The position numbers and the translations under genes are program-made. A model generated the notes under the pieces. The model ran no database searches. It saw only the letters and a program-made list of their open reading frames with translations, and was not told the DNA's origin. Of a DNA stretch of 64,000 bases, positions 45,113 to 53,961 are shown one piece after another. Position 1 is the first letter of the stretch. Each line of letters begins with the position of its first letter. The stretch comes from Dehalococcoidia bacterium (lineage in GTDB: Bacteria > Chloroflexota > Dehalococcoidia > Lucifugimonadales > UBA3495). The stretch covers positions 5,455 to 69,454 of the forward strand of contig CBDCYT010000008.1 in NCBI GenBank assembly GCA_965224325.1, given 5' to 3'.

Positions 45113-46306
45113 TTAGTCCGCCAAGGCAGCGGCTTTGGTCTGGCTCCTGAAGGACGGCATCACCTCTTTGCCGAACCATTCTAGCTGCTCCAGGTAGACC
45201 TTCTCCGGCACTCCGCCGCTGGGGGGGCCGATATTGATTTCTTCCAACCCCGGAAAGCGCTCTTGGATGTCTAGAAGTTTTTCCTTGATCAGCTCCGGCG
45301 GACCGCACAGCCACCGTCCCGCCTCGACGCCGTCCTTCATCGTAGGCAGTCCGGCAGAGCGGGCCCTTCGGGGATCGGCCATGGCCTCGATTTGCTCCGG
45401 GGTTAGCGGAACGAAGCCCAGGGGGCCGAACATTTTCATGAACTCCTCCATGTACACATTGGCTTCGTCCATAGCCGCCGCCTCCGTGTCGCCTAGGAAC
45501 GTATTGTAGGCGATTATGAGGTCTCCCCCCAGTTCGGTCTCTCTCCCATGGCGGGCCAAGGTTTCCTGCCAGCGGTTAATCGTCTCGAGACTGCCGCCCC
45601 CCAACGCTGCCCCGCCGCCGATGAGGCCCTTGATGCCATGCTTGGCCATAAAATCCATCTGCCGTTGGCTGCCGGTGACCAAGGGTTGCCAGCATTCCAC
45701 CGGCAGAGTCCGGGGCCGCGGCACCAAGGTGATTTCCTCCAGCTCATATCCCCGGTAGGGCACCCTGGGCGGGATAGTGTAATGCTTACCCCGATGCGAG
45801 AAGGACCGGCTGTTGAATGCCTTGAAGAGGACCTCGACCTGCTCCTCGAACAGCTCCTGGTTGGCGTCCGAGTCCGTGATGGTGCTGGGCGCGCCGAAAG
45901 TATCAACTTCGCGGCTGTGGTAGCCGCGTCCCACGCCAAAGATCACCCGTCCGTTAGTCAAGATATCGGCGGTGGCGTAGTCTTCCGCCAAGCGCAGGGG
46001 GTGCCACATAGGAGAGATATTGAAACCGCACCCGAATTTGATCTTTTCGGTTACGTGGGCCAGATGGACGTTGAACAGAAGTAGGTTGGGGATAACCTCA
46101 TAGCCTTCCCGTTGAAAGTGGTGCTCCGCCATCCAAAAGGTGTCATACCCCAGCCGGTCCATTAGCTGGGCCATGTTTTGGGCCTTGCTAAAGACGGTGG
46201 CAAGATGCTCGTCGGACAGCCACCGGTCGTTGGCCGGGGTGCCGTCAAGACCTATATCCTCCAGGTCCACGTTTCCAGCGAACAAGCTGCCGAATCTTGT
46301 TATCAC
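45113..46306 (-). CDS. LLM-class (luciferase-like) flavin-dependent oxidoreductase, paralog 1
   Basis: The 397-aa ORF carries FWMAEHHFQREGYEVIPNLL, PLRLAEDYATADILTNGRVIFGVGRGYH and related motifs. Confidence 0.85.
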   Translation of the reverse strand: MITRFGSLFAGNVDLEDIGLDGTPANDRWLSDEHLATVFSKAQNMAQLMDRLGYDTFWMAEHHFQREGYEVIPNLLLFNVHLAHVTEKIKFGCGFNISPMWHPLRLAEDYATADILTNGRVIFGVGRGYHSREVDTFGAPSTITDSDANQELFEEQVEVLFKAFNSRSFSHRGKHYTIPPRVPYRGYELEEITLVPRPRTLPVECWQPLVTGSQRQMDFMAKHGIKGLIGGGAALGGGSLETINRWQETLARHGRETELGGDLIIAYNTFLGDTEAAAMDEANVYMEEFMKMFGPLGFVPLTPEQIEAMADPRRARSAGLPTMKDGVEAGRWLCGPPELIKEKLLDIQERFPGLEEINIGPPSGGVPEKVYLEQLEWFGKEVMPSFRSQTKAAALAD

Positions 46307-46625
46307 TCTTCACCTCGTCTTGTTATTGCCTGTATTTGTCTACTTGTATCCAGCGGAGAGTAGACGTTACTCCCTGGTGGCGCGGAAACCGTTTCAACTC
46401 CCCTTAACCAACGTCCTAATCTATGGAAGTTATTGGGGGAAGTTATTGGGCGTTTTATCAGAAACCGTTACGGGAGAGAGGAACGGCGCTATGCCCTGCT
46501 ATGCCCCAGACTAGCGGAACTGGCCTGAGACCTACACGGGCGAGGAGTCTCCAACTTCCAATCTACGCAGGCACGGCCGCTTATAGCGTTTACGTCGAGG
46601 CAGCGCCGGCCGTATGACCGGCAAT

Positions 46626-47819
46626 CTAGGCGGCGGTTGTGGGCTCCGCGGCCTGGTCCTTGAAGGCCGGCATAACCTCTTCGGAGAAACGTTGGAGCTG
46701 CTCGAGGATGACCGACTGAGGAGTTCCTATCACCTGGCCTACGTTTACCGATGCCAAGCCGGGGTACCGCTCTTGAATGTTCATAAGCTTTTCGGTTATG
46801 AGTTCCGCGGGACCGCACAGCCATGAACCGGCCGCCGCCGCTTGATCAAGAGTGGGCAGACCCGCGGAGCGGGCGCGGCTTGGGTCGCCGACGGCCGCCA
46901 GTTGGTCGGCGCTTAACCCCCGGACGAATCCCAGGGGAGCGAACATTTTCATATTTTCTTCAAAAAATGGGGTGGCTTCTTTGATGGCCTGACTTTCGGT
47001 CTCCGCAATGTGAAAGCTGTAACCGATGGCTAGGTCCTCGCCCAGCTCGAGCTCTCGTCCGGCCCTGGCTTGGGCGTCTCTCCAAGCCTCCATCACCTGA
47101 TCCGTAGCCCCACCCGCGGCGGCGCCTCCTCCAATGAGCCCCTTAATGCCGTGCTTAGCCATGAAGTCCATCTGCCGCTGGCTGCCGCTTACGAGGGGTT
47201 GCCAACATTCCACCGGCAAGGTGCGGGGCCTGGGGACCAAAGTTATCTCCTTCAGTTGGTAGCCGCGGTATGGCACTTCCGGCGGAATTTGGTAGTACTC
47301 ACTGTGATGTGAGAAGGAGCGGTTGTCGAACGCCTTCAAAATGATTTCTACTTGGTCTTCAAAAAGCTCACGATTAGCCGCGTCGTCAGTGGCTGTACTG
47401 GGGGCGCCCAGAGATTCGGTCTCCCTGGAGTGGTAACCACGGCCCACGCCGAATACTACCCGGCCGTTAGTGAGCCAATCTGCGGTGGCAAAGTCTTCCG
47501 CCAGACGCAGTGGATGCCACATGGGAGTAATGTTGAATCCGCAGCCGAATCTGAGGTTCTTGGTGAGTTGGGCCAGATGGACGAAGAGCATCAGCAGGTT
47601 TGGCAGGCACTCATAGCCTTCCCTCTGAAAGCGGTGCTCCGCTGCCCAAAAGACGTCGTAGCCCGTGCGGTCCATCAACTTGGCTATAGCTTCGCTTTTA
47701 TCGAACACCGTTGCTAGGTGCTCGTCGGACAACCACCGCTCATTCACCGGGGTGCCGTCCAGACCGATGTTTTCCAAGTCTACGTGACCAGCGAACAGGC
47801 TGCCAAAGCTCTTTATCAT
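46626..47819 (-). CDS. LLM-class flavin-dependent oxidoreductase, paralog 2
   Basis: The 397-aa ORF is colinear with, and clearly similar along its whole length to, the product of 45113..46306. Confidence 0.85.
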   Translation of the reverse strand: MIKSFGSLFAGHVDLENIGLDGTPVNERWLSDEHLATVFDKSEAIAKLMDRTGYDVFWAAEHRFQREGYECLPNLLMLFVHLAQLTKNLRFGCGFNITPMWHPLRLAEDFATADWLTNGRVVFGVGRGYHSRETESLGAPSTATDDAANRELFEDQVEIILKAFDNRSFSHHSEYYQIPPEVPYRGYQLKEITLVPRPRTLPVECWQPLVSGSQRQMDFMAKHGIKGLIGGGAAAGGATDQVMEAWRDAQARAGRELELGEDLAIGYSFHIAETESQAIKEATPFFEENMKMFAPLGFVRGLSADQLAAVGDPSRARSAGLPTLDQAAAAGSWLCGPAELITEKLMNIQERYPGLASVNVGQVIGTPQSVILEQLQRFSEEVMPAFKDQAAEPTTAA

Positions 47820-48268
47820 TTCTCACTCACCCTCGGGGTAGAGGCGCAGATCTCCCCGCACATTGTAATCCAGGAGGGTTGGTTGTCAACCGCCGGGGCG
47901 GCTGAGCCGCCGGGCGGCGGGGTGGCCAGGCGGTGCTCATCGCCGCCGGGCCACCATCTCGTTGATGGTGCTTTCGTGGCTACGGTCTTTAGAATAGGCC
48001 GTCGTCATACCAGAAGTGGTTCACCTCTATGAAGCTCGAGCGGCCCGAGATTGCCAGTCGCTGCCTGAATCTGATCAGTTGAAACATTACGCTCATCCGT
48101 TTGCCCAGGAATTGATCACGTCAATCCCATTTCCATCGAAATCGTCTGCGTTTCGAGTTGCGACCGATGTCCCGAGGGAGCGGGCCCTGGCCGCAACCTG
48201 GGGATGGGCAAGATTGATGGGATGACCAACGACACGGCGAGCGGCTAGCTATCCCGAACAAGCCGGTT

Positions 48269-49372
48269 CTAGCTGTTTAGTCCGGTGGTCCATTGGTAAC
48301 GTCGTTTCAACCTCGTAAGCCGGTTGTAACCAATCCTTTCTTCTTTTTGTAGTCTACCGACCACTATGAATGGCGCTATCCCCACCGCCTGCGCAAACTC
48401 CATAACGGCGGGCAACGCGAAGTGACCTTGATCACAGAAACCTTTCCAATCTTTCGCTGCAACAAGAAAATCGCTGGCAAATTGATCAGCCTCGACCTCG
48501 ATTTCTAGCATGTCAGGGTCAGCGCCAAGTCCGTCAATTACGACCCGGCGCTGCGTCCTATGCCTGAGTAGATGGCACGCCTCGTGAAAGAACGTGAACC
48601 AAAAGATGTCGGCCCACTTGCCCCTGATGCTCATCTGTATCAAGGCTTTTCGGTCTGTAAGCCACCGTGTGGCGCCGTTGGCCCCGCTCCGCGGGAGTTC
48701 CTGCACCATGGAGAACACGACTCCCGCTTGAGCACAGAGGGTTGACATCTCTGGGAGAAATTCTTCCGGTGAACAGGCCGTCATCCCCCTGATTTTGACG
48801 AGCGCCTCGACGAAGGCTCCCTCGTCGTAATCAGCTGTATGCACACGACCAGCGTCCATCTCCCCTTTCCGGAGCCAGACCGCGAGGGCGCCGGGAGAGA
48901 TACTTTGTTGCGCCGCCTCGGTAATTCGGAACCCCACTGCTGCGTGGTACGCCAAGGGTTCAGGAGTGGCCACACCGAGGAAGCTCAGCAAGGCTTCCAA
49001 TTTGCTCGGCTTGTCCTGCTTGGCTTCCATCCAACCTCTCTTGATCAATTCCTTGATTGGATATTCGTCCAGACGGGCCAAGTTACGCTCAGGAGCGTCC
49101 CGGTCACGGTTCCTGGCTAAGACCATACGGTAGTCAGCCTCCAGGTTCGTCCAGAACTGGGCATCTATTCCAAGCACTTTCTCCAACCCAATTGCAGTCT
49201 CGGGAGTAATTGCTTTCTTTGCATTGATGATCTCGTTTATCGCCTGTGGCGGCCTGCCGAGTCTTGCGGCGAGTTCCTTCTGAGTCATTCCCCGCGCTTC
49301 CAATTCTTCTTTCAATACATCTCCCGGGGGAATAGGCAAGTCCGACAACACGCTCAGTTTCTCAACTATCAT
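48269..49372 (-). CDS. higA: HigA-type HTH antitoxin fused to an ImmA/IrrE-family zinc metallopeptidase domain
   Basis: The N-terminus has LKEELEARGMTQKELAARLGRPPQAINEIINAKKAITPETAIGLEKVLG (HTH_3). The C-terminal domain has the HEXXH motif FFHEACHLL. It overlaps the upstream toxin gene by 11 nt. Confidence 0.8.
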   Translation of the reverse strand: MIVEKLSVLSDLPIPPGDVLKEELEARGMTQKELAARLGRPPQAINEIINAKKAITPETAIGLEKVLGIDAQFWTNLEADYRMVLARNRDRDAPERNLARLDEYPIKELIKRGWMEAKQDKPSKLEALLSFLGVATPEPLAYHAAVGFRITEAAQQSISPGALAVWLRKGEMDAGRVHTADYDEGAFVEALVKIRGMTACSPEEFLPEMSTLCAQAGVVFSMVQELPRSGANGATRWLTDRKALIQMSIRGKWADIFWFTFFHEACHLLRHRTQRRVVIDGLGADPDMLEIEVEADQFASDFLVAAKDWKGFCDQGHFALPAVMEFAQAVGIAPFIVVGRLQKEERIGYNRLTRLKRRYQWTTGLNS

Positions 49373-49661
49373 AATGGTTGCTGATCTCCTCTATAACCAA
49401 GGACTGCTCCGTATCACCCTTCGTGACTATGAGACGCGACCTCCCCGTAAGATGGATAGATAATAGCCCCTCTTTGGTTCCCTTTAGGGGATGAAGTCGC
49501 ATCGCCAAGATACTGTAAGCTCCGTGAAAATCTTTGACCCTATGAAGTTCGTTGATGCGGGTGACATACTTTTTACCAACTTCTGGTCCCCATTCCTGAA
49601 TCGCGTTGGCTGACTCTTCGTAGTTCCGTCTAAGACGTCTCGTTCGAAACACCACTTCCAT
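49362..49661 (-). CDS. higB: HigB-type (plasmid maintenance killer) toxin
   Basis: The 99-aa ORF reads RTRRLRRNYE...RINELHRVKDFHGAYSILAMRLHPLKGTKEGLLSIHLTGRSRLIV, the HigB pattern (...LKG...SI.....RL.F). Confidence 0.75.
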   Translation of the reverse strand: MEVVFRTRRLRRNYEESANAIQEWGPEVGKKYVTRINELHRVKDFHGAYSILAMRLHPLKGTKEGLLSIHLTGRSRLIVTKGDTEQSLVIEEISNHYDS

Positions 49662-49966
49662 TCTTCACCCTATGGGCGAATCATATGTTAGCAGGTAAAC
49701 CTTGTCAAACGTGATGTTCCATTTTTCCGCACACCTTTTGAAGAACCGACACCGCAGAGGAAAATGCGTAGAAAGGTTGACACCATTGTTCAACTGACAT
49801 TACATTCCATCGCCAGTCTGAACCTCCCGAAACGTCGGCAACCGAGGCCGGCGCCGGTCTACCGAAGGCGCAGTCCAGCGGCCCGGTCAACGTCTGTCCT
49901 CGCCGATGACAGCAACGGCGTTCAACTATAAATTGGCTCTCGTCAATGTCGGTGCAGCTTGCCATG

Positions 49967-50146
49967 GGGTCATTTAGTTATCGGAAGTTGTCGCCTTACA
50001 CCCCCGTCATTCCCGCGAAAGCGGGAATCCAGAGACTTTACGGGGAGCGAGAGTTCGAGGTGGACTCGCTTTTCTGGGCCCCGGCATTCCCCGGGGTGAC
50101 GGTGAAGAGGTGAAGAGTACCTCGCCTAGCTACCTTTAAATGACCC
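49967..50146. mobile_element. MITE family 1, copy b (180 bp, short-hairpin form)
   Basis: The 10-bp TIR GGGTCATTTA at 49967..49976 matches TAAATGACCC at 50137..50146. It contains GTCATTCCCGCGAAAGCGGGAATCC internally and aligns with the reverse complement of 41091..41285. Confidence 0.75.
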
Positions 50147-50316
50147 TGCACCTTACCATTGGGACCGTGCGCCACTCACCGGTCTAATGACTCCGGCGGG
50201 GCAATTCCCCCCATAGTGGGTTACGCCCGTTTCGCAGTCAGCCGCTCCGCGAAACGCGGCGTGAACCGGTGAAGCTTCCGCCAGCCTAATCCCCAAGATA
50301 GCCTTGAAACCGGTGA

Positions 50317-51069
50317 TTACCTGAAGCCGAGGCCTTGTTCGTTGAGGCTAACGAAACGTCCGCCATTGCCTATCACCACGTGGTCCAGCAGTTCCACGCC
50401 CAACAGTTTGCCGGCCGCCGCCAACTGCTGGGTTATACCAACATCTTCCTGGCTAGGCGTGGGGTCCCCAGATGGATGATTGTGCACCACAATAATCGAG
50501 GGCGCATTATCCCGCACCGCCGGGCGGATGACTTCGGCCGGCCGGACCACCGAGGAGTTCACGTTTCCCACATAAATGTCTTGGATGCTGAGCACCTCGT
50601 TCCTGGTGTTGAGCAGCAGCACCCTTAGGTGCTCTTGCTCCAATGCAGCCATTTCCCCCATGACCAGGTTGGCCACGTCCTGAGGCGAATTGATGGTTAC
50701 CCGCTCGGCCGGCGACAGCGACACCAAACGTCGGCCCAGCTCCAGACCGGCCATTAGCTGGCATGCCTTGGCCTCGCTCAACCCCTTCAAAGCGCACAAC
50801 TCGGCGAAGGTGCCGCGGCCCAACCCGGATAAGCCGTCGAATTGGGCAAGCACACGGGAAGATAGAGATAGAACGTTTTCCCCCTGCATGCCGGTCCTGA
50901 GAAGAATGGCGATCAACTCCGTGTTGCTCAAGTTCTTGGCGCCGTAGTGTTTCAACCTCTCCCGAGGCCGCTCTCCTTGCGGTAGGTCCCGGATGGTTGG
51001 CTGGTACCCTGCTTCTACCTTCCCGTTCATCGGCTCACCAATCTTTGAGCTACAGGCCTGGTCCGCCAC
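50317..51069 (-). CDS. radC: RadC-family JAB/MPN-domain protein
   Basis: It has ERPRERL, LLRTGMQGENVLSLS (HhH region) and HNHPSGDPTPSQED (the JAMM motif). The start may be the internal MNGKVE at 51030. Confidence 0.85.
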   Translation of the reverse strand: MADQACSSKIGEPMNGKVEAGYQPTIRDLPQGERPRERLKHYGAKNLSNTELIAILLRTGMQGENVLSLSSRVLAQFDGLSGLGRGTFAELCALKGLSEAKACQLMAGLELGRRLVSLSPAERVTINSPQDVANLVMGEMAALEQEHLRVLLLNTRNEVLSIQDIYVGNVNSSVVRPAEVIRPAVRDNAPSIIVVHNHPSGDPTPSQEDVGITQQLAAAGKLLGVELLDHVVIGNGGRFVSLNEQGLGFR

Positions 51070-51419
51070 ACCAGGATATTAATGAATGTCAGTGGGCTTA
51101 GAAAGGGGTTGGTGACAGTACCAGACGTTAGGGAGGGAGCAGCAACGTTTCCAAAGGCAACTAAACATCCGCAATGACGGGTCTTTCAGTGACTGGCGCC
51201 GAATACGGGTCCGCGCACCTGACGTGCCAGGGTCGAGCCAAAGGCCCACCCGCGGTTGGACAGGCTCGCCATGGCCCGACGGAGGCGAGCCAAAGGGATG
51301 GCCCATAGTTGGACGGGCCCGTCTTGACCCGGTTCCCACTCACGGTGAAACGGCCCCGGGGCCCCGTGTGCATAGCCGGACCCTAGCCTTTATACTTAGC
51401 TGCGAAGACCGGTGGGTTA

Positions 51420-53162
51420 ATGACACGAATCTTTCGGCTAGCACTGGCGCAAATCAACACAACCGTCGGCGATATTCCGGGCAACACTGCTCTCATGCTG
51501 GACTGTCTAGAGCGGGCCCGGGAGGCCCAAGCCGACTTGGCCGCGTTTCCGGAACTAGCCACTACCGGCTATCCACCTGAGGACCTCCTCTTCAAGACCT
51601 CTTTCCTGCGGGACAACGTGGCGGCCATGGAGAAAGTAGTCGCCGCCGCTCGTGGCATGGCAGTTATAGTGGGCTACGTTCATCCGGGCATGGAGATATC
51701 CAATGCCGCGGCCATCGGATTCGATGGCAAACTGGTGGACAGCTATCACAAGATGTACTTACCCAACTACGGCGTATTCGATGAAGACCGCTATTTCCAC
51801 AAGGGGAACACCTGCCCGGTGTACGTGATTAGCGGGGTGAACGTGGGCGTCAACATCTGCGAAGATATTTGGCGCCCAATGGGTCCCATCTCGGTCCAGC
51901 GGGAAGCCGGGGCGGAGCTGATTGTAAATATCAACGCCTCACCCTTCCACGCTGGGAAGAGGGCCTACCGCGAGAAAATGGTCGCCACCCGCGCCGCGGA
52001 TAACGGCCTTCATGTTGCCTATCTCAACACGGTCGGCGCACAGGACGAATTGGTGTTCGATGGCGCCAGCCTGATTTGCGACGCCAGCGGCCAAGTGGTC
52101 GCCCGTGGCCCGGCTTTCGAAGAGTCACTGCTCGTCGTTGATCTGGACATAGAAGCAACACACCGCGACCGCCTGCGCGGCCCGCGGCGGAGGAAGGAGA
52201 ATCCCGCTATCTTGGCAGAAATAGGCCCTTCCCAAGTGCTGAACGTGTCCGGCGGCGAGTCCAGGTCCCGTCTACCCCTAGAAACGCCGGAGCAGCCTAC
52301 GGGCATGGGCGAGGAAGAGGAGGTCTACCGGGCCTTGGTGCTGGGGACACGCGACTATCTGCGCAAGTCCGGCTTTAGCAAAGCGCTGGTGGGACTCTCA
52401 GGAGGTGTGGACTCAGCCCTCACTGCCGCTGTGGCCGTGGATGCCCTAGGGCCAAATAACGTGGTGGGGGTCTCCATGCCTTCCCGGTTCTCCTCTGATG
52501 GTAGCATCAGCGACTCCAAGGAGTTGGCGGACAATCTCGGAATGGACCTCTGGACCGTGCCCATAGAGCGGGCGCACGTTGCCTTTAGCGAAATGCTTGA
52601 ACCCCACTTCCGCGGCACGCAGCCCAACGTGGCCGAAGAGAACATTCAAGCCAGGATAAGAGGCAACATTCTCATGGCCATCTCTAACAAATTCGGCTGG
52701 ATGGTATTGACTACAGGGAACAAGAGCGAGATGGCTATGGGTTACGCAACTTTGTACGGTGATATGGCCGGCGGGTTTGCGGTAATAAAAGACGTGCCCA
52801 AGACCCTAGTTTACCGGCTGAGCCGCTGGCGCAACGAGAACGGCGAGCCTCTCGGCGTAATCCCGGAGGCGATTATCAACAAGCCTCCTTCAGCCGAGCT
52901 TAAAGAGGGACAACTGGACGAAGATAGCCTCCCTCCCTATGAGGTGCTGGACCCGGTGGTCAAAGCTTACGTCGAGGAAGACTGGAGCTACGACGATATG
53001 GTGACTAAAGGGTTTGACCCTCAGGTGACCCGCCAGGTGATTGCCGCAGTGGACCGTAACGAGTACAAGCGCCGTCAAGCTCCCCCGGGCGTCAAAATCA
53101 CACCCCGGGCCTTTGGCAAAGACCGGCGCCTCCCAATCGTCAACCGCTTCCATCAAGTGTAG
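51420..53162 (+). CDS. nadE: Glutamine-dependent NAD+ synthetase
   Basis: An N-terminal CN-hydrolase domain (FPELATTGYPPEDL, NICEDIW) is followed by a C-terminal NAD synthetase domain (GLSGGVDSALTA, the SGGxDS PP-loop). Confidence 0.92.
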   Translation: MTRIFRLALAQINTTVGDIPGNTALMLDCLERAREAQADLAAFPELATTGYPPEDLLFKTSFLRDNVAAMEKVVAAARGMAVIVGYVHPGMEISNAAAIGFDGKLVDSYHKMYLPNYGVFDEDRYFHKGNTCPVYVISGVNVGVNICEDIWRPMGPISVQREAGAELIVNINASPFHAGKRAYREKMVATRAADNGLHVAYLNTVGAQDELVFDGASLICDASGQVVARGPAFEESLLVVDLDIEATHRDRLRGPRRRKENPAILAEIGPSQVLNVSGGESRSRLPLETPEQPTGMGEEEEVYRALVLGTRDYLRKSGFSKALVGLSGGVDSALTAAVAVDALGPNNVVGVSMPSRFSSDGSISDSKELADNLGMDLWTVPIERAHVAFSEMLEPHFRGTQPNVAEENIQARIRGNILMAISNKFGWMVLTTGNKSEMAMGYATLYGDMAGGFAVIKDVPKTLVYRLSRWRNENGEPLGVIPEAIINKPPSAELKEGQLDEDSLPPYEVLDPVVKAYVEEDWSYDDMVTKGFDPQVTRQVIAAVDRNEYKRRQAPPGVKITPRAFGKDRRLPIVNRFHQV

Positions 53163-53375
53163 TAGGCTGGTGTAGTTGACAAGCGTAGCTGGCTTGAGCC
53201 TGACGCGTGGCGCCGTCAGTCCGGTCTTGCCAAGGTTGTGCCCACTGGAAGCCCGGTCTTTGCCGGTCTTGGCTAGAAGACCCGGACTTTAGCCGGAGGG
53301 CCACAGGGCTCGGGTAGGACCCCCGGAAACCGGGCATGCGACGGCGGATGCCTCCGGGCCGGGCCGGTGGAGCCG

Positions 53376-53765
53376 TTAGTCTGGAATCCAGACCACGGCC
53401 TCCACCTCTACTAGATACTCAGGCCGGACCAAAGCGGCAACTATCACCGTGGAGCTGGCCGGTGGGCTGCTAGGCCAGGTCTCTCCCCGCACCTTGCTAT
53501 AGCCAGCATAGTTGTTGACGTCGGTGAGGAAGCAGGTTATTTTCACCGTGTCTTGCATACCAGCCCCCGCCGCCTCGACGATGGTCTGTATGTTGGCCAT
53601 GACCTGTCTGCTCTGGGCCTCACAGTCGCCGGCTCCCACCAGGTTGCCGTTGCTGTCCGTGGCCACGTTGCCCGATACGAAAAGGAGACCGCCTACCCGG
53701 ATGCCCGGTGCAAGAGCCGGATTGAGGTTGATACCCGGGGGAGTGATGGGAATTCTCTCTGACAT
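53376..53765 (-). CDS. RidA/YjgF-family reactive intermediate deaminase
   Basis: The 129-aa ORF carries GGLLFVSGNVATD, QVMANIQTIVEAAG, KITCFLTD and PASSTVIVAAL...VEVEAV. Confidence 0.85.
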   Translation of the reverse strand: MSERIPITPPGINLNPALAPGIRVGGLLFVSGNVATDSNGNLVGAGDCEAQSRQVMANIQTIVEAAGAGMQDTVKITCFLTDVNNYAGYSKVRGETWPSSPPASSTVIVAALVRPEYLVEVEAVVWIPD

Positions 53766-53961
53766 GTGATTACCTCCGTTAGCGTTTGGCGGCCGAAGCC
53801 GTCCTGGAGATAGGACTTAGGCCCGGTAGCGGCGGTTCCGTGGGTGAGAGTCGTGGGTGGGAGCCGTGAGCGAGATAAATATCGCCGCAATGGACCCATA
53901 AGTCATGCGATGGCGCGGAATGGTGTGCCCCGCCTGACGAATGCACAGGGGAATGCGCAGG

